From: Candidatus Lachnoclostridium stercorigallinarum | GTDB lineage: Bacteria > Bacillota > Clostridia > Lachnospirales > Lachnospiraceae | Direction: 5' to 3' | Length of the DNA: 64,000 bases | NCBI GenBank assembly: GCA_019116745.1 | Contig: DXBC01000121.1 | Location: 10,953 to 74,952 of the forward strand | In this document: positions 29,469 to 38,834 of the stretch, piece by piece | Numbering within the stretch: the first letter of the stretch is position 1 | Layout of the letters: each line of letters begins with the position of its first letter | Made by a program: the position numbers and the translations under genes | The notes under the pieces: model-generated | The model's input: the letters and a program-made list of their open reading frames with translations, nothing else | Databases searched by the model: none | Told to the model about the DNA's origin: nothing

Positions 29469-30413
29469 ATGGATTATGTAATAGGGGGAAACGTGATGCT
29501 GGATACCGTCCGCTTCCCCGGAGAAAATACTTCATCTCATGAACATATAGGAGGTCCCGCCACATTCGCTTATTCCGGAGTGCGGCTGTATACGGACAGC
29601 GTCATGCAGTGCTCCAATGTGGGCGAGGACTACGAACCCCTTTTTATCCCCTGGATGGAGAAAAATGAAGTTTTCAGAGAGGGACTTAAGGTAAAGGTGG
29701 AACACTGCAACCATTCTTACCTTGTATACAATGAGGACGGTACCTACAGCTCGGATCCCACAGTAAAGAGATTCCGCAGCGACTGGATCCAGGACTTCGG
29801 CTATATGAAAACGTCTCCGGAGGAGATCGGGGAGTGGACAAAAGGTGGAGGAGTGAAGGGCGTTTATGTGGCCCAGAATGTGGACCGGGTATTCTGGCGG
29901 AAAATGAAGGAGATCAAGGCGAGAGACGGTTTCAAGCTCATGTGGGAGATCGAAGGGCCCAGCTCCTATAAGGAATTTATGCCGGAAGTCATGAATGCCA
30001 TGGAAAACGTGGACATCTTTTCCATCAACATACAGGAGGCGAGACTTCTCTTTGAAGTGAAGTCGGAGGAAGAGTGTATCCGGGAACTGCAGAAATGCCC
30101 TGTGGATATGACCCTTTTCCGTGTAGGCGCAAGAGGCGCCTACATGGTGACGCCGGAACGGTATTACTACCTGCCGCCGGCGCCGTCAGACAGAATCGTA
30201 GATCCCACAGGCTGCGGCAACACATCCACAGGAGCGGCTCTGTACGGGTATGCGGAAGGCTATGACGCGCTGAAGGTGGGCATTATCGCTAATGTGGCGG
30301 CCGCCCAGAATATACGGCAGTACGGGGTTATGCCTGATTTTAAGGCAGTGAGAGACTTTGCCCTGAACCAGGTGGACGAACTGTACAGGCAGTATAAGGC
30401 CAAATATGATTGA
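29469..30413 (+). CDS. PfkB/ribokinase-family protein with atypical GCGN anion-hole motif
   Basis: N-terminal GGPA, SINIQEA (NxxE), GARG, VDPTGCGN. Confidence 0.85.
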   Translation: MDYVIGGNVMLDTVRFPGENTSSHEHIGGPATFAYSGVRLYTDSVMQCSNVGEDYEPLFIPWMEKNEVFREGLKVKVEHCNHSYLVYNEDGTYSSDPTVKRFRSDWIQDFGYMKTSPEEIGEWTKGGGVKGVYVAQNVDRVFWRKMKEIKARDGFKLMWEIEGPSSYKEFMPEVMNAMENVDIFSINIQEARLLFEVKSEEECIRELQKCPVDMTLFRVGARGAYMVTPERYYYLPPAPSDRIVDPTGCGNTSTGAALYGYAEGYDALKVGIIANVAAAQNIRQYGVMPDFKAVRDFALNQVDELYRQYKAKYD

Positions 30414-30436
30414 TCAATTTGTGGAGAATAATTGAT

Positions 30437-31627
30437 ATGGAGAAAAAACGGTATGCAAATCCTCTGGGCAGCCAGGTGCTCAGCCTGCCTTCCATGGTGG
30501 ACGAGCAGGTGGACTATTGCTTTTCAGACGAAGTTCAGCAGAGCATTATGACTATGGCGGAAGCCTTTGACGTGAGGAAAATCTATATAACCGGCTGCGG
30601 CGATTCCATCGCCGCGGCCGGGGCCATGGCTCCGGTGGTACACCGGCTTGCAGGAGTATTTCAGTGCGAGATGGTGGAGCCTATGGAGTTTACCAGATTT
30701 ATGCCGGCCAGTGATATCGGCATCGGGGAGCCCAACAGCCCCCTGGTAATCGGCATCAGCGCAGGCGGGAGCACCTCCAGGGTGGTGGAAGCCATGAGAA
30801 AGGCCAACGAGATGGGAGCTTTCACCATTGCCCTTACAAATAACGGAGAGAGCCCTGTGGCAAAGGAGGCAAAACGGTCGTTTGTGCTGAATACGCCGAA
30901 AATGCAGGACGATTTTCCCGGCCTCAGATCCTATTTTGCCAGTATGGTGGGGCTGATCGCCATAGCCTGCCGTCTGGGAAGGGTGAGAAATGTCCTTCCT
31001 CCCGGTTCGGACCGGGTTCTGGCTGAGAGCGTAAAGGCCTATGTGCACAGATATGCCGGAGTGCTGGAAGAGCTGGACAACCGCATGTTTGAGCTGGCAG
31101 GGACCTGGAAGGACCTGGAACGCTTCGATTTTATCGGCGACGGAAAGGAACTGTATTCCGCTCTCTTTGCCATGGAGAAGTTTATAGAGTGCAACGGGGT
31201 TATGGCCAACTATGATGACGCTGAGAACTGGTGCCATGTGGGCTATCACATCGCGGATCCGGAGAGTATCGGTACGGTGTTCTTTGCGGACGCTCTCTCG
31301 GCGGATTACGGAAGACTTCAGGAGACGGTCCGCGCGGCGGCTGCTATCAAACGGCCGGTTCTGGTGATCACAAACGGAGAGAAAAAGGACTTCCCGGAAG
31401 AGGTGCAGGTGGTGCGGATCCCGGGTACGGAACCGGGAAACGAGTGGATGCAGCCGATGATGGATTATGCGCCGGCCGCCCTGCTTGCCGGCTACTGCTG
31501 TACTCTGGCGGGCAGAAAGTTCTTTAATGAGTACGATCCCATGGCAAAAGAGTACAACGGAAGCGGAGCCTATTTTGCCGAGGGCGTCAGAACCATGAAA
31601 AACAGCAAAATTGAGATATTTGTTTGA
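30437..31627 (+). CDS. Double-SIS-domain protein 1 (GlmS/FrlB/AgaS-like isomerase or deglycase)
   Basis: TGCGDS, ISAGG, LTNN..SP, PGLRSY, KFIE, ENWCH. Confidence 0.87.
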   Translation: MEKKRYANPLGSQVLSLPSMVDEQVDYCFSDEVQQSIMTMAEAFDVRKIYITGCGDSIAAAGAMAPVVHRLAGVFQCEMVEPMEFTRFMPASDIGIGEPNSPLVIGISAGGSTSRVVEAMRKANEMGAFTIALTNNGESPVAKEAKRSFVLNTPKMQDDFPGLRSYFASMVGLIAIACRLGRVRNVLPPGSDRVLAESVKAYVHRYAGVLEELDNRMFELAGTWKDLERFDFIGDGKELYSALFAMEKFIECNGVMANYDDAENWCHVGYHIADPESIGTVFFADALSADYGRLQETVRAAAAIKRPVLVITNGEKKDFPEEVQVVRIPGTEPGNEWMQPMMDYAPAALLAGYCCTLAGRKFFNEYDPMAKEYNGSGAYFAEGVRTMKNSKIEIFV

Positions 31628-31636
31628 GGTACATAT

Positions 31637-32476
31637 ATGTTCAGACGGGAATATATAGAAACGGAATTCAAGGGCTACCCCTCGATTACCCAGAGGCTGA
31701 ATGAGCTTGTGGAGGAAAGCGGAATCCAGGAAGGACTCTGCATCGTCAGCGTTCCGGAGCTTACCACGGCTCTCTGCATTACCTCTTTCTGGGATAAGAG
31801 GGGGCTGGATGACCTGATGGATGAGATCGACCGCAATTTCCCGGCCCGGGTAAACTACAAAAGCCAGATCACACCCTTTGACTCCGCGGGAAATGTGAAA
31901 GCCGCCGCGGTGGGAAGAAGTCTGACCCTTCTGGTGCACGGGGGCAAGCTGATTTTAGGCTCCTCCCAGGGCGTGGTGCTGCTGGAGTTTGACGGACCGA
32001 GAAAACGGGCCTTTGAGGTACAGATTGCTGAACGGGAAATGAAGCTTTATAAAACCGGCATTAAAACCCGATATATGGGGATGTGCAATATGACAGAGTG
32101 GGTGAGATCCTGCGTAAAGAACAGCGGAATCCGGGAAGGCCTCTGCCACATTTCCCAGCTTCATTCCACAGCCGGCGTGATTCTATGCGACGCCACGGAA
32201 AACGGGGCAGCGGATATTATGGGAGATATTGAAAAAATGGTTCCCACACGGGCCGATTTCAAGCACAGGGAGACCGCTTCCGATGCAGGCGGCCATGTAA
32301 AAACCGCATTGACGGGAAGTCAGATTTCCCTGCCGGTGCATGAGGGAGAGCTGGTGATCGGAGACCGGCAGGGAATCGTGTTTGCCGAGTTTGACGGCCC
32401 CAGGCCGAGGACCGTTTACGCGGCCGTGATGGCCAGCCAGTTTTATATAGGGCAGAATGGAGATTTCAATGGATAA
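31637..32476 (+). CDS. Tandem two-domain YjbQ/UPF0047 protein
   Basis: Two repeats each with SGI.EGLC and QG.V..EFDGPR.R; second repeat has HSTA and FKH...DAGGHVK. Confidence 0.87.
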   Translation: MFRREYIETEFKGYPSITQRLNELVEESGIQEGLCIVSVPELTTALCITSFWDKRGLDDLMDEIDRNFPARVNYKSQITPFDSAGNVKAAAVGRSLTLLVHGGKLILGSSQGVVLLEFDGPRKRAFEVQIAEREMKLYKTGIKTRYMGMCNMTEWVRSCVKNSGIREGLCHISQLHSTAGVILCDATENGAADIMGDIEKMVPTRADFKHRETASDAGGHVKTALTGSQISLPVHEGELVIGDRQGIVFAEFDGPRPRTVYAAVMASQFYIGQNGDFNG

Positions 32477-33626
32477 AACGATACATGACAATCAGCTGCG
32501 CAGACAGTGTCTGGATATACCGGTGATGTGCGAAGCGCAGTTAAGCGGGATCAGAAAAGGGCTTGAGGCGGTGCCGGATGAGCTTTTGAAAAAAATAAGA
32601 AAGGTGATCCTGACCGGCTGCGGCGATTCCTATTTCGCAGGCATAGCCGCCGTGCCCGCCTTTAAAAAGTATGCGGGGGCGTTTGCATCCTCTTTTGAGG
32701 CAGTGAGGTGCATGGACGCTGCCCGGTATCTGGAGTATGAAAAAGGTCAGGAGGACGCCACGCTGGTGGTGGCGGTCAGCGCTTCCGGAAGCCCCGTCAG
32801 GGTCATGGAGGCGTTAAGGAGAGCCAATCAAAAAGGGTGCCATACCCTGGCGGTGACGAATATTCCCGATTCCAGGGCGGCAAAAGAGGCCGAGTATTCC
32901 CTGATCGTTCACACTCCTCCTTTCCCTGAACCGGGTCCGGGACTGAGAAACTACTTTGCCTCCATCTCCGCTTTGTTTTTGCTGGCGGCCAGGATGGGGA
33001 CTGTGAAAGGCTGCTGCGATGCCGGAAGCGAGGAGGCTCTGTGCAGAGCCATCGCCGAATACACCGATTCTTACGCAAAGGCTTTTGACGCCATGGATAC
33101 CCTGATGTTTGACATGGCGAAGGAATGGAAGGACGACATCGGAAATGAGATGATCGGCGACGCTTCCATGTACGCCACAGCGGCATTTATCGGGGCCAAA
33201 TTTGTGGAAGCTGCAGGGAAGATGACCAATGCCGTGGATTCGGAAAACTGGTGCCACGTGAACTTTTTCCGGCACCGGCCAGAACAGTCAGGGCTCATCC
33301 TGGTGGCAGACAGCGCCGATCACAATCATTCGAGAATGACAGAAACCATGCAGCAGGCTGTGAAGATTGGAAGAAGCTGCATCCTGATCACAGATACGGA
33401 TGGGGAGAGCTACGGGGCGCCGGAAGGCGTAACGGTGTGTACCGTTCCCGGTACGCCGGAAGGGTATGGATTCCTGTCTCCTCTTCTCAATTACATACCG
33501 GGAACTTTGCTGGCAGCATATATTGCTTCTCTGCGGGGAGAGACCTATTTCAGAGCGGAGGATTCTCTGCAGAAGCGGTCTGAAGTCGGTTCTACCATAG
33601 GAGACAGCAGAGTCGAGATTTTTTAA
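32469..33626 (+). CDS. Double-SIS-domain protein 2
   Basis: TGCGDS, VSASG, VTN.P.S, PGLRNY, KFVE, ENWCH. Confidence 0.87.
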   Translation: MDKTIHDNQLRRQCLDIPVMCEAQLSGIRKGLEAVPDELLKKIRKVILTGCGDSYFAGIAAVPAFKKYAGAFASSFEAVRCMDAARYLEYEKGQEDATLVVAVSASGSPVRVMEALRRANQKGCHTLAVTNIPDSRAAKEAEYSLIVHTPPFPEPGPGLRNYFASISALFLLAARMGTVKGCCDAGSEEALCRAIAEYTDSYAKAFDAMDTLMFDMAKEWKDDIGNEMIGDASMYATAAFIGAKFVEAAGKMTNAVDSENWCHVNFFRHRPEQSGLILVADSADHNHSRMTETMQQAVKIGRSCILITDTDGESYGAPEGVTVCTVPGTPEGYGFLSPLLNYIPGTLLAAYIASLRGETYFRAEDSLQKRSEVGSTIGDSRVEIF

Positions 33627-33638
33627 GGGAGATAGACT

Positions 33639-34028
33639 ATGTTTGTGCAAAACAGCGTTTGCGTTAAGGGGCAAAAAAGCCGGGATATCACTTCGGAGAT
33701 CGTAAAGGCGTCTGCGGAGAGCGGAGTAAAAGAAGGGATCTGCTGTGTTTCCGCCCTCAGCGAACATACGGGGATTGTGAGCATTCCTGAAAAAAGGCAG
33801 GAAATTCTTGAGGATATCCGGGATGACCTGGAGAGGATACTGCCGCCCAGGACCAATTACAGGGACTGCTGCGATCCTGAGCTGTCGGCTGGAAGAAGCA
33901 GGGCGGCCCTTCTGGAGTCTTCCAAAGATTTTATTATACATGAAGGAGAGGTTCTGATTTCGGGAAACGTATACCTTATGCCCTTTTCAGATACCTGTGA
34001 GTGCAGCTATACCATCACATGCTGCTGA
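33639..34028 (+). CDS. Degenerate single-domain YjbQ-like protein
   Basis: DIT..I.....ESGVKEGIC, DIRDDLERILP.R.NY, SAGRSRAALL aligns by eye to the repeats of 31637-32476. Confidence 0.72.
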   Translation: MFVQNSVCVKGQKSRDITSEIVKASAESGVKEGICCVSALSEHTGIVSIPEKRQEILEDIRDDLERILPPRTNYRDCCDPELSAGRSRAALLESSKDFIIHEGEVLISGNVYLMPFSDTCECSYTITCC

Positions 34029-34045
34029 TGAGTGGGAAGTGAAAC

Positions 34046-35032
34046 ATGGAAGCATATTTTTCGGTTGAAGTATCCATGTTCCTCACATTGCTGGCAGCGG
34101 CAATGTGGGGAAGCTGGATGCAGATTCAGAAGCACCTTCATGGCTATCCCATTGCAGGTGTGATATTCTGGCTTTATACATTTTCTTTTATTCTTATCTG
34201 GGCAATCACATTGATCGTATCACCGTTTCTGCTGGACAGGAGCATCCTGGAGATCTCTCTGGAAAATGCAGACACGGTTCTCACAATTCTGGTGGGAGGA
34301 GGACTCATGTCCATGGGACTTTACACCTCCCTGGTAGTGGTGGGAAAGGTGGGACTGCTGCTGTCCACCACTATCAGCGGCGGCATCGGAATCGTGCTGG
34401 GCGTCTTTACTTCCATAGCGGAGGAAGGGCTTCCGGAAGATGATGTGGCTCTCATGCTGATTGTCGTCTCCACAGTGATCTTTATTGCGGCGGGATTTGT
34501 CTGCGCGGCGGCCTCCAGTTCCAGAGATAAGGACCATAAAGTGAAGGAAAAAGCAGGAACCATGTCGGCCGGCGTGATTCTGCTGATGCTTTTCACCGCG
34601 ATTCTTCAAAATGGCTGGTCCATGGGAACGGCAGCGGGAACGGCCAGGAACTTTGCTCCTGTGCTCACCTGCGCCTATATGGCCACCGGATCGTTTATAA
34701 GCGTGGCTGTGGTGACGGGGATCAGCTTCACCCGGAAAAAGCAGTGGAAGCAGGTATTTGCGGTGGGAGAGAGCAAGGCCCCCATCGTGATGTCGGCGGG
34801 GGCGGCCCTCTGCCATTACGGGGGAAACCTGATGTCCATATATTCCATGCCGGCCCTCAGCGCCACAGTTTCTTTCCTGCTGGGGAAATCGGCAAATGTG
34901 TGGACCATATTCTGGGGAATGTACTATAAGGAGTTTTCCCATATAAGCAGAAAAACGAAAGTGCTTCTGTGGTCAGGCATAGGCCTGTATTTTGCAGGAA
35001 TTATCCTTTTAGGCATATATTATTTATTCTGA
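34046..35032 (+). CDS. Approximately 10-TM transporter, DMT-superfamily-like (ureide permease/RhaT/GlcU-like)
   Basis: AMWGSW at TM1 and WG...KEF near the C-terminus; two-fold hydrophobic pattern. Confidence 0.7.
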   Translation: MEAYFSVEVSMFLTLLAAAMWGSWMQIQKHLHGYPIAGVIFWLYTFSFILIWAITLIVSPFLLDRSILEISLENADTVLTILVGGGLMSMGLYTSLVVVGKVGLLLSTTISGGIGIVLGVFTSIAEEGLPEDDVALMLIVVSTVIFIAAGFVCAAASSSRDKDHKVKEKAGTMSAGVILLMLFTAILQNGWSMGTAAGTARNFAPVLTCAYMATGSFISVAVVTGISFTRKKQWKQVFAVGESKAPIVMSAGAALCHYGGNLMSIYSMPALSATVSFLLGKSANVWTIFWGMYYKEFSHISRKTKVLLWSGIGLYFAGIILLGIYYLF

Positions 35033-35054
35033 TCTTAGAGAGGTGAGTTGGGCG

Positions 35055-36326
35055 ATGGACAGAAAAAGAGGCGGACTGCATTACGCATGGAAGATCATGA
35101 TCGCATGTATGTGTATAAAAATGGGGTCTGCAGGCGCCTTGACCGTGGCCATGGGCAATTTTGTGACTCCCATTGTGCAGGAGCTGAACTGTGAGGTCAG
35201 CAGCCTTACCATGTTTGTCAGCATACAGGCCATGTCCATGGCGCTTATGTACACCCTGGCGTCAAGAATACTGATGAGCAGAAAAATAGGTCGGGTTATG
35301 GGAATCGCCTCTGTGGCTGAGGTGAGCGGACTGGCGCTGATGGCCACCTATCATTCGCCGTATATGTTTTACCTGTCCGGACTGGTCACGGGAGTGGCTC
35401 AGGCGTTTACCGGCTATGTGGCCATACCGACAGTGATCAATATGTGGTTTAAGAAAAAAGCAGGTACAGTGCTGGGAATGGTGATCGCGGTGGGCAGCGC
35501 GGCCGGCATTTTCTACAATATGCTGTCAGCAAAACTGATCGTCGTATTTGGATGGAGAGCGGCATATCTGATACTGGCCCTCATAGCGGCTGTGGTTACC
35601 ATACCTGCTGTATTTATGATCATAAAGACTCCCAGGGAGATGGGGATTGCTCCTTACGGGGAAGAACACGGAACTGCCGCCGCAGGAGAGAGGAATACAC
35701 CTGTCGGTACAGAGGACGGATACGGACTGACTCTGAAGCAGGCCTTCCATTCCGGTTTCTTTTACCTGGCCTGGATCGCCTGCATACTCATAAGCTACGC
35801 CAGCGGTGTTTCAGGCTATACGGCCACATATACCACTATGGAGCTGAAGCAGAGCATTGAGTTTGGTTCCATTGCAGGTATCTGCGTCAATGTGGGCACC
35901 ATTATCAGCAGCATTGTGCTGGGAAGGCTCAACGACAGGCTGGGCGTCAGAGCCGGACTTCTGTGGGGAGCCGGTACGGCCTTTGCGGGCTATTCCATTA
36001 TGCTGCTGAGCCGGACAAATCCGGTCCTGGTTCTTCCGGGCGCGTTTATCGTGGGACTGGGAGCCAGTATGTATGCGGTGCAGTGTCCGCTTCTGGCAAA
36101 GAAAATTGTGGGAGACAGGCACTATTCTCAGATCTGGTCCTGGATGATGATGGCAAACAGTCTGATCGGAGGCGGCCTGTATTCTTCCATAGGCATGTTT
36201 TACGACAGATTCGGAAGCTATAAAGGGACGTTTATTATGGCAATCGTTCTCTATGCAGGAGCCATGATCATAGGAATGGCAGCCCTTTCCGCGTCCGAGA
36301 GAAAGAAAAAGAGAGAGTTTGGTTGA
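35055..36326 (+). CDS. MFS transporter 1
   Basis: HYAW N-terminus, INMWFKKKAGTVLG, GRLNDRLG, YD..GSY; 12-TM pattern. Confidence 0.88.
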   Translation: MDRKRGGLHYAWKIMIACMCIKMGSAGALTVAMGNFVTPIVQELNCEVSSLTMFVSIQAMSMALMYTLASRILMSRKIGRVMGIASVAEVSGLALMATYHSPYMFYLSGLVTGVAQAFTGYVAIPTVINMWFKKKAGTVLGMVIAVGSAAGIFYNMLSAKLIVVFGWRAAYLILALIAAVVTIPAVFMIIKTPREMGIAPYGEEHGTAAAGERNTPVGTEDGYGLTLKQAFHSGFFYLAWIACILISYASGVSGYTATYTTMELKQSIEFGSIAGICVNVGTIISSIVLGRLNDRLGVRAGLLWGAGTAFAGYSIMLLSRTNPVLVLPGAFIVGLGASMYAVQCPLLAKKIVGDRHYSQIWSWMMMANSLIGGGLYSSIGMFYDRFGSYKGTFIMAIVLYAGAMIIGMAALSASERKKKREFG

Positions 36327-36328
36327 TT

Positions 36329-37597
36329 ATGGGAACAAAAGCTGGGAAAAGGCACTATGCGTGGACCATCGTCGTCTGCTGTGTGCTGATCTATTTTACA
36401 ACAAGTGTGGTTACAGTCAGTCTGGGGAACTTTGTCTCGCCGGTGGTGAATGACTTCGGCATTCAGGTGAGGCAGCTGACGCTGACAAACAGCATTGAGT
36501 GCGCGGTTATGGCTGTGCTCTATCCGGTGGCAGGGAAGGTACTGAATACGAAAAAGCTGAGCATTGTGGTGCCTTCCGCTCTGCTTCTGATGCTGTTGGG
36601 AATGTTTCTCATGGGTTCCTACAGCTCTGTATATGGATTTTATGTATCCGGAGTGATGATCGGTATCGGCTCCGCCTTTACACAGTATCTGGCCATGCCG
36701 CTGATCATCAATATGTGGTTTAAGAAAAAGACGGGCACGGCCCTGGGCATCTGTGTGTCCTGCGGCAATGCCTTCGGCATCCTGTTTAATCTGATCAGCG
36801 CGCAGCTGATCGTGCGCACCGGATGGAGATCGGCATATCACATTCTGGCGCTGATCCCCCTGATCGTTGCCCTCCCCTATGTGGTGACTCATCTGAAAAG
36901 CCCGGCGGAGGTGGGATGCAGGCCTTACGGCGCGGAGGAGGCGGAAGCGGAGGCTCTGGCCGATCCCAACGCCGGCATGGCATGGGGCGTGACGAGAAAG
37001 CAGGCGTTCCGCCTGCCCATGCTCTACTTTGCATGGATGGTTTGCCTCTGCTACAGCGTGGGAAGCAGCGTGCCCAACTATATCGCGACCTTTGCCACCC
37101 TGGAGTTAGGAACCAGTGTGGAGCTGGGATCCATAGCCTCCAGCATCTACAGTGTCGGCTCTGTCTGCTGCGGCTTCCTTCTTGGAAAGATCAACGACAG
37201 GTACGGAGTGAAGGCCGGCATGACCTGGGGCATGGTATTTATGGCTCTGGGTATGGGCGGGCTGATGCTCTCCATACAGAACAGCGCCCTGCTGATTCCG
37301 TCCTGCTTCCTGACCGGATTCGGCGGACTGAATATGTACAGCGTGCAGGCGCCTCTGGTGGCCCGCACCGTAGTGGGAGACCGGTACTATTCGGAGATCT
37401 GGGCTGTGCTCATGATCGGAAACAGCATGATCGCCGCGCTGGTATACTCGCCTATCGGGGGAATTTATGATGCGACGGGATCATTTGCCGGAGCCTTTGT
37501 GCTGGGTACCGTTACCTATACGGCAGCTTTGATTTTTGGAATTATCGCTCTCAACATGAGCAGAAAATATAGAGAGACTCACGAAAGAGCTCTTTAA
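36329..37597 (+). CDS. MFS transporter 2 (paralogue of the upstream gene)
   Basis: HYAW, INMWFKKKTGTALG, GKINDRYG, VGDRYYSEIW, YDATGSF. Confidence 0.88.
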   Translation: MGTKAGKRHYAWTIVVCCVLIYFTTSVVTVSLGNFVSPVVNDFGIQVRQLTLTNSIECAVMAVLYPVAGKVLNTKKLSIVVPSALLLMLLGMFLMGSYSSVYGFYVSGVMIGIGSAFTQYLAMPLIINMWFKKKTGTALGICVSCGNAFGILFNLISAQLIVRTGWRSAYHILALIPLIVALPYVVTHLKSPAEVGCRPYGAEEAEAEALADPNAGMAWGVTRKQAFRLPMLYFAWMVCLCYSVGSSVPNYIATFATLELGTSVELGSIASSIYSVGSVCCGFLLGKINDRYGVKAGMTWGMVFMALGMGGLMLSIQNSALLIPSCFLTGFGGLNMYSVQAPLVARTVVGDRYYSEIWAVLMIGNSMIAALVYSPIGGIYDATGSFAGAFVLGTVTYTAALIFGIIALNMSRKYRETHERAL

Positions 37598-37623
37598 ATA
37601 AAATAATTAGGAGGAGAATAAGC

Positions 37624-38826
37624 TTGAAAAGAGACAGCTACACAAATTCTGTTTTGCATCAGGTGCGGGATCTGAGAGAGCTTGCCGGGATTCAGAAGGA
37701 GAAGTGCTTTGATCTGGAAAAGCTTTCCCGGATTATGGAAAGGGAGAGCTGCGCAGGGATCAAAAGGGTGATACTTACGGGCTGCGGAGATTCCTATTCC
37801 GCTGCGGGGGCAATGCTTCCCGGCTTTAAAAAGCTGAGCGGTTTAAAGCTCTGCAACGCCCCGGACATCATGGATTTCTGTCACTATTATAGCCGGGAGA
37901 AGATCCTGAGAGGCCGGAAGCCGGAGGAGGTGCTGGTGGTGGCCATCAGTTTCAGCGGCTCGGCAGAAAGGCTGGCCCAGGCCCTTGAGAAAGCCTCAGA
38001 GTTGGGGGCAAAGACCATGATTATCACGAAAAATCCTGATTCCAGGGGAGGCCGGGCCGCGGAGATGGTTTTTAATGTGGAGACTCCCGACGGCTGCAAT
38101 TCTCCGGGACTTCGCTCCTATTACGCCAGCATGGTGGGGATTGCGGCTCTGGGAGCTTACATAGGCGTCTGCAGCGGCCGCCTGAGCAAAGAAGATTTTT
38201 ATAAGACGGGAGAAGAAATCGCCGGATATACTCTCCGTTTTATGGAGGATCTGGATCGGATCGATGAGGAAATGTTTGCGGAAGCCGTCCGGATGAAAGA
38301 CCTGAGAAAATTTGAGGTCATAGCGGATGGAAATGAAGGAAGCTCCGCCCAGTTTGTGGAGCAGAAGTTTATTGAGTGCAGCGGGGTATACTGCGATCAC
38401 ACCACTTCGGAGGAATTTGCCCACATCAGCTATTTCTTCCGGGGACCGGAGGAATTCGGCACGGTGGTTATGATCAACGGGGCGGATAAAAGTCTGAGCC
38501 GTATGAAGGATACCGTAGGCGGCTGTCTGGCCCAGCAACGCCCCACTGTTGTGGTGACAGATCTGGAAGAGGCGGAGTTTGAAGTGCGGCAGCGGGATAC
38601 CAGCGATATTGACAATTTCTACGGCATCGCTGAAATGGGGGTAAATTCCATGGAAAAAGCGGGCCGGGCGTCTGTCTGCCGTATTGCGGAGGCACCGCAG
38701 CAGTGGATGTCTCCCTTTGTGGACTTCATCCCCGGATCTCTGCTGGCAGCTTATCATGCGGCGGTCAATGAGCACAATTTCTTTAACGGACGCTTTGATT
38801 TCAGAACGGAAACTTGGATCGGTTGA
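37624..38826 (+). CDS. Double-SIS-domain protein 3
   Basis: TTG start behind aggagg; TGCGDS, ISFSG, PGLRSY, KFIE, EEFAH. Confidence 0.87.
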   Translation: MKRDSYTNSVLHQVRDLRELAGIQKEKCFDLEKLSRIMERESCAGIKRVILTGCGDSYSAAGAMLPGFKKLSGLKLCNAPDIMDFCHYYSREKILRGRKPEEVLVVAISFSGSAERLAQALEKASELGAKTMIITKNPDSRGGRAAEMVFNVETPDGCNSPGLRSYYASMVGIAALGAYIGVCSGRLSKEDFYKTGEEIAGYTLRFMEDLDRIDEEMFAEAVRMKDLRKFEVIADGNEGSSAQFVEQKFIECSGVYCDHTTSEEFAHISYFFRGPEEFGTVVMINGADKSLSRMKDTVGGCLAQQRPTVVVTDLEEAEFEVRQRDTSDIDNFYGIAEMGVNSMEKAGRASVCRIAEAPQQWMSPFVDFIPGSLLAAYHAAVNEHNFFNGRFDFRTETWIG

Positions 38827-38834
38827 GGTGAGCC

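Noticed and set aside
31637-32476. Thiamine biosynthesis role for the YjbQ proteins
   Set aside because: No thi genes or TPP riboswitch seen; the family's thiamine-phosphate synthase activity is only a weak secondary one
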